Part shown: positions 11,422-23,813 of the stretch, in pieces
Numbering within the stretch: position 1 is the first letter of the stretch
How the letters are laid out: each line of letters starts with the position of its first letter
From: Octopus bimaculoides
Taxonomy: Eukaryota
Direction: 5' to 3'
DNA: 35,497 nt
NCBI RefSeq assembly: GCF_001194135.2
Contig: NC_068999.1
Span: 31,400,443 to 31,435,939 of the forward strand
Made by a program: the position numbers and the translations under genes
The notes under the pieces: generated by a model
Databases searched by the model: none
What the model saw: the letters and a program-made list of their open reading frames with translations, nothing else
Told to the model about the DNA's origin: nothing

Positions 11422-11424
11422 CAT
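11389..11424 (+). repeat. Right target-site duplication, (AGAT)8ACAT
   Basis: Same as the left copy with four extra AGAT units. Confidence 0.8.
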
Positions 11425-11444
11425 GGTAACTATTTAGATACCGG

Positions 11445-12420
11445 TCTGCATGCTAGAAAAATTTTGCTTTTCTTCAAAAAGTTTGATTAGATGAAAACAA
11501 AAACCATAATTCCGTTGCTTCATTCAACCTCGCTATGTTGTCATTTGAAACAACAGAGTTATGTGATATTATTAACCGTAGATATACTAACAAAAAGAGA
11601 AAGATAATGAGCTGGCTATATCTCAGTACACTGGTGTGAATGTAATAGACACATTTAGAAAATACCTTATTAGCAGCTTCAATAATTTTGGTCTATAATG
11701 AAAAACTGGCATAGATTAATATCAATGGAAGAATCTTTTACTTCATCAAAGTAACCTTTGATAGTGTGGCTTCCTCCTAAATGAAGCCCTAAAGTGTATA
11801 TGTACTATCCAAAGATAGAATATATACATTCTTATTCCTAGCCATTCAATCAAAAGAAGAGATGACCAGTATCATCACTTTTACACCCACTTCTTGAATA
11901 CTAAACTCTAATTGCTAAAAACTTCTGATACAGAAAATTATTTAATAGAAACAAACCCAAATCATCTACATGAAAAAAAAAAACTAAATAAATTTAATGA
12001 ATCTAAATGCACATGCAGAAATTCAAATACATGCTCTCTTAATCAGTTATGCAAGAGCGAAGCGATTTTCTATAAAGAAGAAGTGAACTAAACCAACATC
12101 GTTTGTAAACAATTCAAAAATATAGCAGAATATAATATAAGCAAATTTATTTCGAGCCTAATTCTTCTTTCTGAAATATAGAAAACAGGGAAGCAATAAA
12201 AATATCCAATTACGCCAAGGATTAGTAAAAACATGTTATTGTATTCAATATCAAATGTCGAAGAATCATGGGAAAATGCAGACCACACAGAAATGCTGCA
12301 AAACATTGCAAGTTATGCATAGTTGAAAAGAACCTCATACTCAACAACATTACAACATTAAGGAATCCACTGGCCATCTAAATATTAAATCAGAGATTGT
12401 CATCAAATGAAGCCACTAAG
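11445..12420 (+). mobile_element. Penelope-like element relic, copy 2: RT C-terminal half plus GIY-YIG-type endonuclease region
   Basis: LHARKILLF, AMLSFETTELCDII, DNELAI (RDDGLAI-like), KVTFD, KLFNRN, the Cys linker CTCRNSNTCSLNQLCKSEAIFYK (from 12008), IMGKCRPHRNAAKHCKLCIVEKNLIL and LNIKSEIVIK. The YIG motif itself is not recognisable. Heavily mutated. Confidence 0.8.
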
Positions 12421-13249
12421 ATCAGTATTTAAAGAAATACTGGAACATTATATTACCACTTATTTGAATGGATCTTTACCTACCTATCAATGAGGAACCA
12501 TCACGCACTATTTTCTTATCCACTTTTAACCCACAGTAATATATTTCCGATATCTATATCATTTTTACCATTTATACAGTTGATTCCTACCAGAGATTCC
12601 ATAAAACAAAATAACCGTTTCTAGCTTTATGATTTCATGTCTCGTTTTTATATTCTATATCATATAGTAGTATATTTTAAAGTCATTTTAAAGTCCCTAT
12701 ACTCTTTATATCTAATTAACGCAGATATAACTCTCCACACCAATACATGTAAAGAATTATACTACTTAAAATATATTGCATTTTTTATCGGCAAATTATT
12801 GTCCAGCGTATTTGGACTTAGAACTTTGTCACGAAGGAATATCACTATATCATTTAATATATTTCACTCTGTGCATTTTAGTGTTTACTATATGTATGTA
12901 AATGTACATGTATATATGCACACGCACGCGCGCGAATACACTGGCGTAACAAATGTTCATACTGATATATATTTAAAAACATGTTGGCACATATACACAC
13001 ACAAATATACAAACATCTACACACATATACGCAAACGCACTTAACACATACGTGATAACACAGCATCACTTAATAATTCAATGCATTAGATTGATCGGAA
13101 ACGAAATGTTTAAGTTTTTTTTTATTCTAAAGAACGAAATGTACGTTGAATTGATGATATTGTTTGCAATGGTAGTGGGGTTGAGGGGATGCAGCTTCTG
13201 TTGTCTCTGAGTCTGCTATTAAGGGTGTGAAGATGAGGAAGGAAAGGAA

Positions 13250-13900
13250 AAAGTGACACTAATGAGGACCAAAAGCAACAGGAAAATACGAGACAATGGA
13301 AGAAAAAAAATCGATAAAAAATCAAGAGCAAAAAAATAAAAACTTGACGATAGTTTGCTTTCGCAAAGTGCTGGGGTGAAAAAAATCAAGAATTTAGAAA
13401 CAAAATATTCGTTCACCATAAGCAATACAATGGAAAAGTTAAAGAATATCAAGATGATAGCATGACAGATATCATGAAATTATACTTGGAAAAAAAAAAT
13501 CATATTGAGGTTTGAGCGAAATACCCAACTCTTTGCCAAGAAAGTTACATCTTTTAAGTGTAGTCTCGTTATTAAGAAGTTTGTTGCAGAAGATAGTCAA
13601 ATGCAAAATATATGGACTAAAACACATTTGACGATAAAAATATTAAGAAATATATTTTTTGAAGTTAACAGACGAGGGTTAACATTATTAGATAGTTGAT
13701 AGTATTTTAATAACAAAAAGCACAGAAAAAGACAACTCTGGGCGCGTTTTGCCTCTCACTGGTTTATCAGTAAATTGCAGTCGTGTAGCTTTCCGAAACA
13801 TTTCCAGTCAAATCATTAAACAACCAAAGGGCATTGTATTTATATATTGATAAATATGACGGCTACTGAAAAATTAAATTTGTCTGGAAGGCTATCAAAA
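13250..13900 (+). pseudogene. Possible highly decayed piggyBac-like transposase relic
   Basis: Only faint motifs across frames: acidic SDTNED..RQWKK, NHIEV..TQLFAKK..IKKFVA, DKNIKKYIF and HCIYI/IDKY. No TTAA-CCC ends found. Confidence 0.25.
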
Positions 13901-15120
13901 TGCTAATTAGACAGTTAGGAAAGTGTTTAATTATTAAAATCTTAAAAATTCAGACACATAGTTAATGAAATACTATAAAATTTGACGACAAATATTTCTT
14001 TTAAAAATGAAAAAAACAAGACAATTTTAAAAAAGTTTGACTACTATTTGAAAATTGGTCTGCTAAGTGTAGACATTTCGTACTTTTTGTAATTTTTTGA
14101 AGTAGAATCTTTTGGTAAGTTGCCTATTACCGTGACACCATTTACCGTAAGTGAACTATTTTGTCTATACTTCTATAAAAGTAAACGATCTCAAATATTT
14201 TGCATCAGAGAAATAAGTATCTGGAGCATTCATTCCTTTCTTGAAAGCATTGGAGACTTAGGAGAATGACATTCAAATAGAATCAAATCCGGGTGGCAGT
14301 GTCACTTCAATTACATAACATCTATCTATCAATGACAAGGGTGTTCTTTTACTCGAGACTGTGGAGTCAACGCAAAGGAACTGACTGCAGGGTATTTCTG
14401 GTAACATCAAGATTTCAGCTTTTAAGGATAATATTGTTTAAGGCTTCTAAAAGAAGGATCAAAATGAATGAAATAATTGACCCTTGACTATAAAGGTAAA
14501 AATCGATGTGGATAATGGATTAACAAGGGTTGTGAGTTCGTGCCCAAACTATGACAATGTTGTGGAATTGTGAACTTTGTTGGGTCGGATCAACGTAGTG
14601 TTGGTGTTGGTGGGGAAGATGGTGTTGGTGGTGAAGATGGTGGTGGTGGTAGTGGTAACTATATTGACAACAATGCATTAATAATCAAAATGAATCCTGT
14701 AATATTACCTATAGCGTATCATAGATGTAGCGCAAGCAGTGTATGTCTGTGAATGTATGTATATAAATATATGATAGTGTATGCGTATATAGGATGATAC
14801 GTGCCGCGTTTCTTAATCACTCAGCTGTATAGACATGGTCGAATGATGAAGCGGTTCGCTTTGGAATCACATTGTCTCGTTCCTGCTGCGTGATATCTTC
14901 TTTTTACCATAATCTTGTTTGTAATAATAACTAGCGAGGATGTGTACAAAAATCTTTCGGATAGACAGTAGCTATGGTTCAAAGGTCTACCCACATCAGC
15001 TTCACGCTGAATTTATCTATTAAAAGTACACATTTCTGAAGTATACTCAGCCACTTACTCAATGGATAAGTGGTTCAATTCATTGAATAAGTTATATGAT
15101 TAAACGTGTTTCATAATTAA

Positions 15121-15209
15121 ACACACACGCACTCACACACACACACTCACATACACACTCACACACACACTCACATACACGCACAAACACACACACACGC
15201 ACACACACG

Positions 15210-15256
<47 letters not shown>
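15121..15256. repeat. (CA)n microsatellite
   Basis: Direct reading. Confidence 0.95.
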
Positions 15257-15940
15257 NNNNNNNNNNNNNNNNNNNNNNNNNNNNNNNNNNNNNNNNNNNN
15301 NNNNNNNNNNNNNNNNNNNNNNNNNNNNNNNNNNNNNNNNNNNNNNNNNNNNNNNNNNNNNNNNNNNNNNNNNNNNNNNNNNNNNNNNNNNNNNNNNNNN
15401 NNNNNNNNNNNNNNNNNNNNNNNNNNNNNNNNNNNNNNNNNNNNNNNNNNNNNNNNNNNNNNNNNNNNNNNNNNNNNNNNNNNNNNNNNNNNNNNNNNNN
15501 NNNNNNNNNNNNNNNNNNNNNNNNNNNNNNNNNNNNNNNNNNNNNNNNNNNNNNNNNNNNNNNNNNNNNNNNNNNNNNNNNNNNNNNNNNNNNNNNNNNN
15601 NNNNNNNNNNNNNNNNNNNNNNNNNNNNNNNNNNNNNNNNNNNNNNNNNNNNNNNNNNNNNNNNNNNNNNNNNNNNNNNNNNNNNNNNNNNNNNNNNNNN
15701 NNNNNNNNNNNNNNNNNNNNNNNNNNNNNNNNNNNNNNNNNNNNNNNNNNNNNNNNNNNNNNNNNNNNNNNNNNNNNNNNNNNNNNNNNNNNNNNNNNNN
15801 NNNNNNNNNNNNNNNNNNNNNNNNNNNNNNNNNNNNNNNNNNNNNNNNNNNNNNNNNNNNNNNNNNNNNNNNNNNNNNNNNNNNNNNNNNNNNNNNNNNN
15901 NNNNNNNNNNNNNNNNNNNNNNNNNNNNNNNNNNNNNNNN
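15257..15940. other. Assembly gap (N run)
   Basis: 684 Ns between (CA)n and (TA)n. Confidence 1.
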
Positions 15941-15960
15941 TATATATATATATATATATA

Positions 15961-16357
15961 TTGGTTTCAGTTATTAGACTGCGGCCATGCTGGGGCATCG
16001 CCTTGAATTTTTAGCAGAATGAATTGACGCCAGTACTTATGGTTTTTAAGTCTGACGCTTATTCTGTCGGTCTCTTTGCCGATATACACACCAACACCGG
16101 TTGTCAAGTTGTTATCAATACCGGTGAGAGCGGGGAAAACCCAGACACAAACCCAGATACACACACACATATATATATACATATATGTATACGACAGGCT
16201 TCTTTCAGTTTCCGTCTACCAATTCTACTCACAAGGCTTTGGTCGGCCCGAGACTATAGTAGAAGATACTTGCCCAAGGCGCCACGTAGTGGGACAGGAC
16301 CTGAAACCATGGGGTCGGGAAGTAAGCTTCATACCATACAGCCACGCCTGTACCTAT
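15961..16357 (-). mobile_element. tRNA-derived SINE, family 2, near full length
   Basis: Reverse complement begins ATAGGTACAGGCGTGGCTGTATGGTATGAAG..., has an internal (GT/AT) microsatellite and the CAGCATGGCCGCAGTC tail. Aligns with 25673-26085. Confidence 0.9.
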
Positions 16358-16421
16358 TAGTTCATATATCCGAAAAAGAAGCGCTCTCTAAAACATTGGT
16401 GCAATAATATATTTAGAAGGT

Positions 16422-16600
16422 TAAGGCGGCGAGCTGGCCGAAACGTTAGCACGCCGGCCGAAATGCTTCGCGGTATTTTATCTTCCGCTACGTTCTGAGT
16501 TCATATTTCGGCGAGGTCGACTTTGCGTGCTGGGGTCGATCTAATTGTCTAGCCCCTTCCCCCAAATTTCGGACCTTGTGCCTAGAGTAGAAAAGAATAT
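16422..16600 (+). mobile_element. tRNA-derived SINE, family 1
   Basis: TAAGGCGGCGAGCTGGCCGAAACGTTAGC...CTGAGTTCATATTTCGGC (B-box-like), central deletion, CCAAATTTCGGACCTTGTGCCTA tail. Confidence 0.9.
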
Positions 16601-16822
16601 TTATGATTTTACAATGCAATGACTGTGTACATTTGACATCCGACCTTTTTATGTTTTAGAACGGATACAAACGATCTCATATGAATATATATTTTGTATT
16701 TTATATGTTTTTATATATTTTTATATACATATTTTATATAAATTTTTAGTATCTATATATTATATATTGCATAATATATTGTGCTTTGATTGTCAATATC
16801 TCGGAAGTTGCCTTTTCATTGA

Positions 16823-16827
<5 letters not shown>

Positions 16828-16862
<35 letters not shown>

Positions 16863-16976
16863 TACATATACATACATATGTACATACATACATACCTACA
16901 TATATACATATATACATACATACATATACATAAACATATATATGTATGTATGTATGCATAACTGATAACTATATGT
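16828..16976. repeat. Compound (CA)n/(CATA)n microsatellite
   Basis: Direct reading. Confidence 0.9.
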
Positions 16977-17410
16977 ATACCTTGTAAAGATTCAGTAAAA
17001 GTAGAGAGTTCACTTTTCTCGCACACACATTCACACATGCAGACCTAAACATGTATTAAACCTACATATTCCAATTGAGATACTGACCAGTTTTAGACAA
17101 GATTTAAGTACTTACAGGGTAATTTGTTCAAACTAATGTCACTATATTTAATGAAAGTTTGAGGATTGAATAAGCTTAAAACTTTCAAATCACAACAGTT
17201 TTCGATCTGCTGAAATCGATCTATTGAAATATCAATCTATAGAAATATTGATCAATTGATCAAGCATTTCAGATTTCGTTGATTTGATTTGATTTTAGTT
17301 TTCGTTTGTTATAAACGTTGTTTCCTTGTCTGAATTCCATTTAAAATTATTTTCCAGATAAATAAATGTCTAGATGAGGCTACTTCTATTATTGTCACAG
17401 TCTCAAAACT

Positions 17411-17572
17411 TTGCCAGTCAATTAACCTATCTTGTCAGAGAGTTTATCTTCTTAGTGAACTGACCCATCTTATAAGTGAGTCAACCCATCCTAACAAGGA
17501 ATTAATTCCTCTTGTCAGTGAGCTATCTCGTCATTTAGTCATCCCATCTTCTTGTCAGTAAGTTAGCCCACT
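17411..17572. repeat. Degenerate ~21-bp minisatellite, 8 units
   Basis: Units start at 17411, 17432, 17452, 17470, 17491, 17512, 17533 and 17552; consensus about TTGTCAGTGAGTTAACCCATC. Confidence 0.75.
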
Positions 17573-17922
17573 TTGCTCGAACGATTAGGGTAACTGGAGC
17601 TTAGGGTAACACACAGGTACACACACACATTCACCCACACACTCATGCAGACACACATATGCTCACATATACACGCACATGTACACATATATACTTACAC
17701 ATAAATACACGAACGTATACACATACGTACACATACACACAAATACATATAGGCACATATACACAGACATACTCACCAGCCAGTGTGGGGATCTCTTACT
17801 GGGTTGTTGGGCCTACTGGAAAAACAGACAAGTCTGACACACATTATATCTAACCATACGATAAAGTAAACTGGGGTACATTATTATTGAAAAAAAGGAG
17901 GTAATAATCATAACTACAACAC

Positions 17923-17974
17923 CTTTGATCATAGGTCTGTTCGATTACCGTCGACCTGGGGTTAAATAACAAAA
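17923..17974 (+). repeat. Short interspersed repeat 3' end, homologous to 28264-28315
   Basis: CTTTGATCATAGGTCTGTTCGA...GACCTGGGGTTAAATAACAA versus CTTCGTCATCGGTCTGCTGGA...GACTTGGGCTAAACAACAA. Confidence 0.5.
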
Positions 17975-18332
17975 TACTGCTGATGTTTGTGTAATATAAA
18001 ACTCGGTTTAAGATATATCTTTGTGGAACTGAATTACTTTATTATCAACAGAATCATTCACATTACAATTATACAAATAACTAGTCAGCAACCCCAACAC
18101 AGGACCCTTTAGTCTCTAATCAGACGTCGATAGATTAGATAGCCCCAAATACGGTGGGTATCTCATAACATATATAAAAGTAGGCATCCAGTATACATAG
18201 GTAACATAGACGATACTATAACACGAACAGGACATATCAACTCATTAGCTTGAAGCGAAATTTGAAACTAGGCTCAAGTGTATGGCTTGCTGAATGTCCT
18301 ATTTAGTTCTACCGTTAGCCATACCATTGCGA

Positions 18333-18547
18333 ATATTGGTTTTGAAATTTTGGCAGAAGGCCAGTAACTTCGGGTGAGAGAGTAAGTCGATTACATCGAC
18401 CCCAGTACTCAACTTATTTTATCGAAACCGAAAGGAAGAAAGGCAAAGTCGAACTCGGTGGAATTTGAACTCAGAACATGAAGACGGATGAAATGCTGCT
18501 AAGTATTTTGAACGGCGTGTTTACTATTCTGCCAGCTGGCCACCTTA
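18333..18547 (-). mobile_element. tRNA-derived SINE, family 1, near full length
   Basis: Reverse complement has the TAAGGTGGCCAGCTGGCAGAA head, CTGAGTTCAAATTCC B box and GACTTTGCCTTTC..CCTTTCGG central block. Confidence 0.9.
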
Positions 18548-19894
18548 CTGTTGTAAATATTAACAACATAACTAACTATATTACATATGTGAGACTCTAC
18601 AATACATTATAAAAATTTATTTCGAATACAATCACGAATCCAAAAATATCTGTTAGAAGAGGGCGAGATCAGGACATGTCATAGGTCAGCTGTAATGACT
18701 TGATTTAACTATAATTATTGTGTAATATGAATACATTAATGTTGTTGATAGTGTTGTTATTGTCACATATGCAACACACATATACATACAATCTTTTATA
18801 TTTTATTTAATATGTCATTCATGAATGTATAGTAAACTCACACACACCTAGCATACACACACAGAGCACACAAACCTAAACATCAAACATTATAAACCAC
18901 ATGTCATACAATATACGACATACAATGAACATTCAATATAGAACAGACAACCCAGAGTATAAGCTACAGACCACATTCTGCCATAGAGCACAGAGCCATA
19001 GAGCATGTGGCAGAACATATCCCGCACCACACAACACAGAAGACCACAACCCAATAGGCCACAAAACACCACAAGCTATATCAGCACATGCCCATGTTTA
19101 ATTATTTCTTTAGAATATTTCAGAAATCTATAGAGATTAAAGAACGGAGAAATATAAGTAATTTATATGAAGATTCAACTGAAGCTATATTGTACTTTTG
19201 TCTCAGTGACATCTCTTTCAATTCTTTGTTTTGATTTCAACTGCCAAAACAGATGACTGAGCAGATAGTAACTTCTATAACCAAGTTGACAACTTGAATC
19301 ACATGTGGGAGAACTAGATGCCAATAATTTAGAGATGAAACGTTTGAGTCAATGTTTTCTTTTAAGAATGTATTGAGAAATATTTTATATATTATTCGTA
19401 TCTCATTTTTCATCTATCGTCCGATCAGTGGAACAATTCCCTAAATATCGTTGGCAAAGTTTGCGACATTTTACTGTTTTACAAATAAAATCTAAGAGTT
19501 GGTATTCTCTGTAAGCAGAATAAATGATGTTTTTTATTCAATTACTTTACACTGGAAAATTTGAGACTAAAGACCAGGACCCTTTAACCACCACACTTTA
19601 TCTACATACAAAACTTTGTCCATCCAGAGTACCTTCCTCATTATCCCTTATCCAGTATATCTTATTCAGTACTCTTTATACAATACACTTTATCCAATGC
19701 CCCTTATACACTCCACAAAACTTGACTCAATAGCAAATAGGTAATTCTATGTAAATGTACTCAAATTAGCACACAATACGCCTGACATACTTTTCTTATA
19801 TACTCTATTGACACACTAAATCCTTGAATAATCTACTCACGTTCCTTACATATTTTTCTTGCATCAATATCAATTATTCTTATGTCTTCAAATA

Positions 19895-21205
19895 TCAGGT
19901 CATCCCATAAGTTCTGTTCGAATTTTGAATAAAGAAAACAAGTGATTAAATGTTATATTTAATTGAAATTTAATCCTCAGTGTACTTTTCCTGATTATCT
20001 ATGACTTCCTTCCATCTATTTACAAGCTTTTCAATCCCATCAATGTAAAACTCTTTTGGTTTCAAAGCGAAGAACTCTGAAATGTCAGTTTCGACCTCCT
20101 CTTGGCTTGCGAAAGTTATGTCCCCCAAATGATTCTGTAAACTATGAAACAAATGGTAGTCTGAAGGAGCAAGGTCGGGAGAATACGGTGGATGAGGAAT
20201 TTTTTCACGACCAAGCTCTTCGATCTTCTGTGATGTGATCTCTGCAGTATGGGGTCGCGCATNNNNNNNNNNNNNNNNNNNNNNNNNNNNNNNNNNNNNN
20301 NNNNNNNNNNNNNNNNNNNNNNNNNNNNNNNNNNNNNNNNNNNNNNNNNNNNNNNNNNNNNNNNNNNNNNNNNNNNNNNNNNNNNNNNNNNNNNNNNNNN
20401 NNNNNNNNNNNNNNNNNNNNNNNNNNNNNNNNNNNNNNNNNNNNNNNNNNNNNNNNNNNNNNNNNNNNNNNNNNNNNNNNNNNNNNNNNNNNNNNNNNNN
20501 NNNNNNNNNNNNNNNNNNNNNTGTTTATGACGTTTAACATTTCGATAGAAGATCCATTTTTCGTCACCAGTCACAAGTCTATCCAAAAAGGGTGAAATGA
20601 GTTCGTGAGAATGGAGAGAAGAGCAGATGTCAACTCGGGATTTGCGGTTGCTTTCGGACAATTCATAAGGCATCCATTTTCCAAGTTTAGGAACCTTTCC
20701 AAGTTGTTGAAGATGACGATAAACAGTTGTATGGTTTGAACTAAGCTTTATTGCCAATTCTTCAACTGATAATGCAGGATTTTCTTCAACTAATGCCTCA
20801 AGGAGCTTATCATCAAACTGAACTGGACGTCCTGTTCGATCTTCATCTTCAAGGCCGAAATCTCTACTTCTGAATTTTGTAAACCATCTTCTGCAAGTGT
20901 TTTCGTTCAAGCATTCTTTCCCATAAACTGAGTGTATTTTTCGAGTCGCTTTGGCTGCAGAGTTTCCTTTTTTGTACTCATAAAGCATTATGTGCCTAAA
21001 ATGCTCTTTGGATACTTTCATATTAGAAAGGATTTCAATCAAAGAAATTTTAATTCTATTATTCTGTAAAATAATATTTAATTAGTTTAAATGTACACAC
21101 ATGCATAAAAATAATTTTTAATTCCATTAGACATTCTAAAATACTATTAAATTTCATTCAATTTTAAAAAAGGTAAAATCGGACAGAACTTATGGGATGA
21201 CCTGA
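19895..21205 (-). mobile_element. Full-length mariner (Tc1/mariner) DNA transposon with both TIRs and TA target duplication
   Basis: Left TCAGGTCATCCCATAAGTTCTGTTCGA (19895-19921) versus right reverse complement TCAGGTCATCCCATAAGTTCTGTCCGA (21205-21179): 26/27 match. TA at 19893-19894 and 21206-21207. About 1.3 kb. Confidence 0.97.
19970..21021 (-). CDS. Mariner DD34D-type transposase (middle hidden by N 20263-20521)
   Basis: ATG at 21021: MKVSKEHFRHIMLYEYKKG...GRP...WMPYEL...VTGDEKW. After the gap, in the frame of ORF 19970-20152: (N)ARPHTAEITSQKIEELGREKIPHPPYSPDLAPSDYHLFHSLQ...KYTED*. No stop in either sequenced part. The ORF track reads the C-terminal side out of frame because the gap length is an estimate. 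Confidence 0.85.
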
Positions 21206-21934
21206 TATGTTCGATAAATTACTAGGAATCTCCCAAATAATCGTGTCTTTGAAAAGTTCCTTCTTAAATCAATTTCCTTCATCAACAAACTCTCATAGAT
21301 TACTCAAATATTGATTCTATTGGTGCCCTTAAAATTCCTGGATATCGTCATTCTTTGTTTCTCTGCTGCTTCTACTTACCATTTCTCACCCTAGTTCTGT
21401 GGATGCCATTTACTTCAATACCTTTCTAGATGTCATTGTTTTTTGCCTCTTACTCTTTCTACTCACAGTTTTCTCCTTCTTTTCCCAACTTGAACTCTTC
21501 TTTTTCGTTTTACTTGACTTGAAGTGTTTTTCTCCTGTTCGTTTATCTCTCTCTTTAGAGTTTTAACTCTTTCACACCAGCTTTCGACACCTCCTCACTT
21601 CCTACTTTCGACACCTCCTCCTTCACTTGCCCACAGCAACACTTTTCTCCTCTCTTCAATCTCTCCATCTCGCTCCCTCTCTCCTCCCTTCACTCTCAGA
21701 CAAAGAGCAAACATCCAAGACGTTAAATTTAGTCCTTAAACTGATCAAACTCTTATATGATCTCCCCTAATTAAACATTCTATTAAGTGTTAGCAGTGAA
21801 TCTTACATTAATCCAATCACAATCAATTAATTTATTGATCTCAATGTGTGAAGCTAATGCTATATCGATTTATATTTATATTCGAACCACAGAGCTGCTG
21901 GGTATGAAATTATTTCACGCTTATTTCTTCACTA

Positions 21935-21952
21935 GTGTGTGTGTGTGTATGT

Positions 21953-22023
<71 letters not shown>

Positions 22024-22063
22024 TGTACGTATGTATGTATACATGCATGTATGTGTGCATCGT

Positions 22064-22108
<45 letters not shown>

Positions 22109-22116
22109 TGTGTGTG
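21935..22116. repeat. Compound (GT)n/(ATGT)n/(GT)n microsatellite
   Basis: Direct reading. Confidence 0.95.
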
Positions 22117-22932
22117 CTCAACTGGTTTAATATCACGAACAAGAAATATTCAGATCTTTGTAGTTATAATTGATGCAGTTCCCGATCTTGTAACTATTGT
22201 CGTATAAAATTGTTTTAGTATAGAAACTGTATGTGCGAATCTTTAGGCATGGTTTTGTAATCTTAGTCTTCCATTGGGAACCAGAAAAATTAAGCCAAAC
22301 AGCTGAATGTATAGTGCATAGAATTGTACTATCCGGTTATAATCAAATGCTTGCAGTGAATTTGGACATAAGAGCTGGTAGCTTTGTTGTGTCATGTCTA
22401 TTTTATATGCAACTTTACATATATCAAGCCAACCGAGGAACTTTAAGTGATCGCTCGCCAACTAAAAATGATAACGAAATCATCCTCGAATCGCACTATT
22501 CTTTCTTAAATAAAGAAGGACTATATTAGACAATGCTAACTTACATACCCCCAAAAGATTGGTTGGTCGATGCTGAAACATCATAGTTCCAATCATTTAG
22601 GGTTGGCCTAGCACTAACAACAGCAGTAACAACAATAACATACATGCTTTTCTATCTATTTATCTATCTATGTGTCTCTTTACATATTTATCTATTTATC
22701 TATGTGTTTATATATCTATCCATTGATCAATCAATTTATCTATCTGTAGGCATAAAACTCGAAAACTCTTCCAACGACAGTTGTTTTGTCTTGCAATAAA
22801 ATTTTGCGTCTCCTGGTCAAAACACTAAGTACCGAGTTCAAATCCTCATAACTTGTGACAATAACGTTGGTTAGATAATCTCGCTTTTTGTTATTGGTTT
22901 TATCACAGTTCTCTTTTGTTTAGTAAAAAACG

Positions 22933-23145
22933 TTTCTGCTCTAAGCACAAAGCCTGAGATTTTGTGGGCAAGAGGCTAGTTGATTGCATTGACTCCAGTC
23001 TTCGACTGGTACTTATTTTGTCGACCCCGAAAAGCATGAAAGGCAAAGTCGACCTCATCGGAATATGAACTCAGAAGTAAAGATGGACGAGACGTCGCTA
23101 GTCATTTTGTTCGGCGTCCTAACAACTCAGCCAACTCACCGCCTT
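22933..23145 (-). mobile_element. tRNA-derived SINE, family 1
   Basis: Reverse complement has the AAGGCGGTGAGTTGGCTGAG head, CTGAGTTCATATTCC B box and GTCGACTTTGCCTTTCATGC central block. Confidence 0.9.
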
Positions 23146-23159
23146 GTTTGATAAGTATC

Positions 23160-23355
23160 GATTTTAAATTTTGGCACGAGGCTAGAAAATTCGGGGCATG
23201 GGATAAATTCTATCGACGTTAGTGTTCAACTGGTACTTATTCTATCAACTCCGAAAGTCAATCTGGACAGAATTTGAACTCGGAACGTAAAGACGGACGA
23301 AATGCGGTTTATCATTTTGCATGGCGTGCTAACAATTCTACCTGCACGCCTCCTT
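23160..23355 (-). mobile_element. tRNA-derived SINE, family 1, flanked by a 14-bp imperfect direct repeat
   Basis: CCGAGTTCAAATTCT B box. Flanks GTTTGATAAGTATC (23146-23159) and GTTTGGTAAATATC (23356-23369). Confidence 0.85.
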
Positions 23356-23812
23356 GTTTGGTAAATATCAATATCAACAATATAATACTCAGTTATATTC
23401 ATCACTATAATGCCGGCTATTTTTCAATATCGCCCTATATTACCAAAATATTCAATAAAAATATTCAAATGATGAAATATTGTTGTTACACTATAATTAT
23501 AACTATTTGAAAATCATTTTCTGTAATTTTCTGCGAATTATAGAAACAGTTATTAGAAAATGTTTTCATACGATTATGGCTTAAAGATATGGATGAATAT
23601 TTACAAAGTCATGTTTGGTACAAGTCAGGTCTTTCAGTTCAATTTAAGATTGTCAGTGTACAGGAACAAAGGTAGAATTGAAATGGAAATGTATTATTGT
23701 GCAACAGCAGGAAATAATTTGGCTTCTATAAGGTTCAGTTCGTTTTAACTATACAGATATTGATATCGTGAAAATGTTTTTGCTTGTTTAAATACCTCTA
23801 CGCTTCATACAA

Positions 23813-23813
<1 letters not shown>

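Noticed and set aside
12540-12620. Expected hammerhead in the 3' region of PLE copy 2
   Set aside because: No CUGANGA/GAAA pair could be identified; too decayed to call.
15171-15998. Long ORFs spanning N runs (also 20205-20567, 20235-20537, 2467-2875)
   Set aside because: Artefacts of untranslatable gaps.
17585-17610. Two TTAGGG telomere-like motifs (TTAGGGTAAC twice)
   Set aside because: Only two non-adjacent hexamers within a 10-bp direct repeat; not an interstitial telomeric array.
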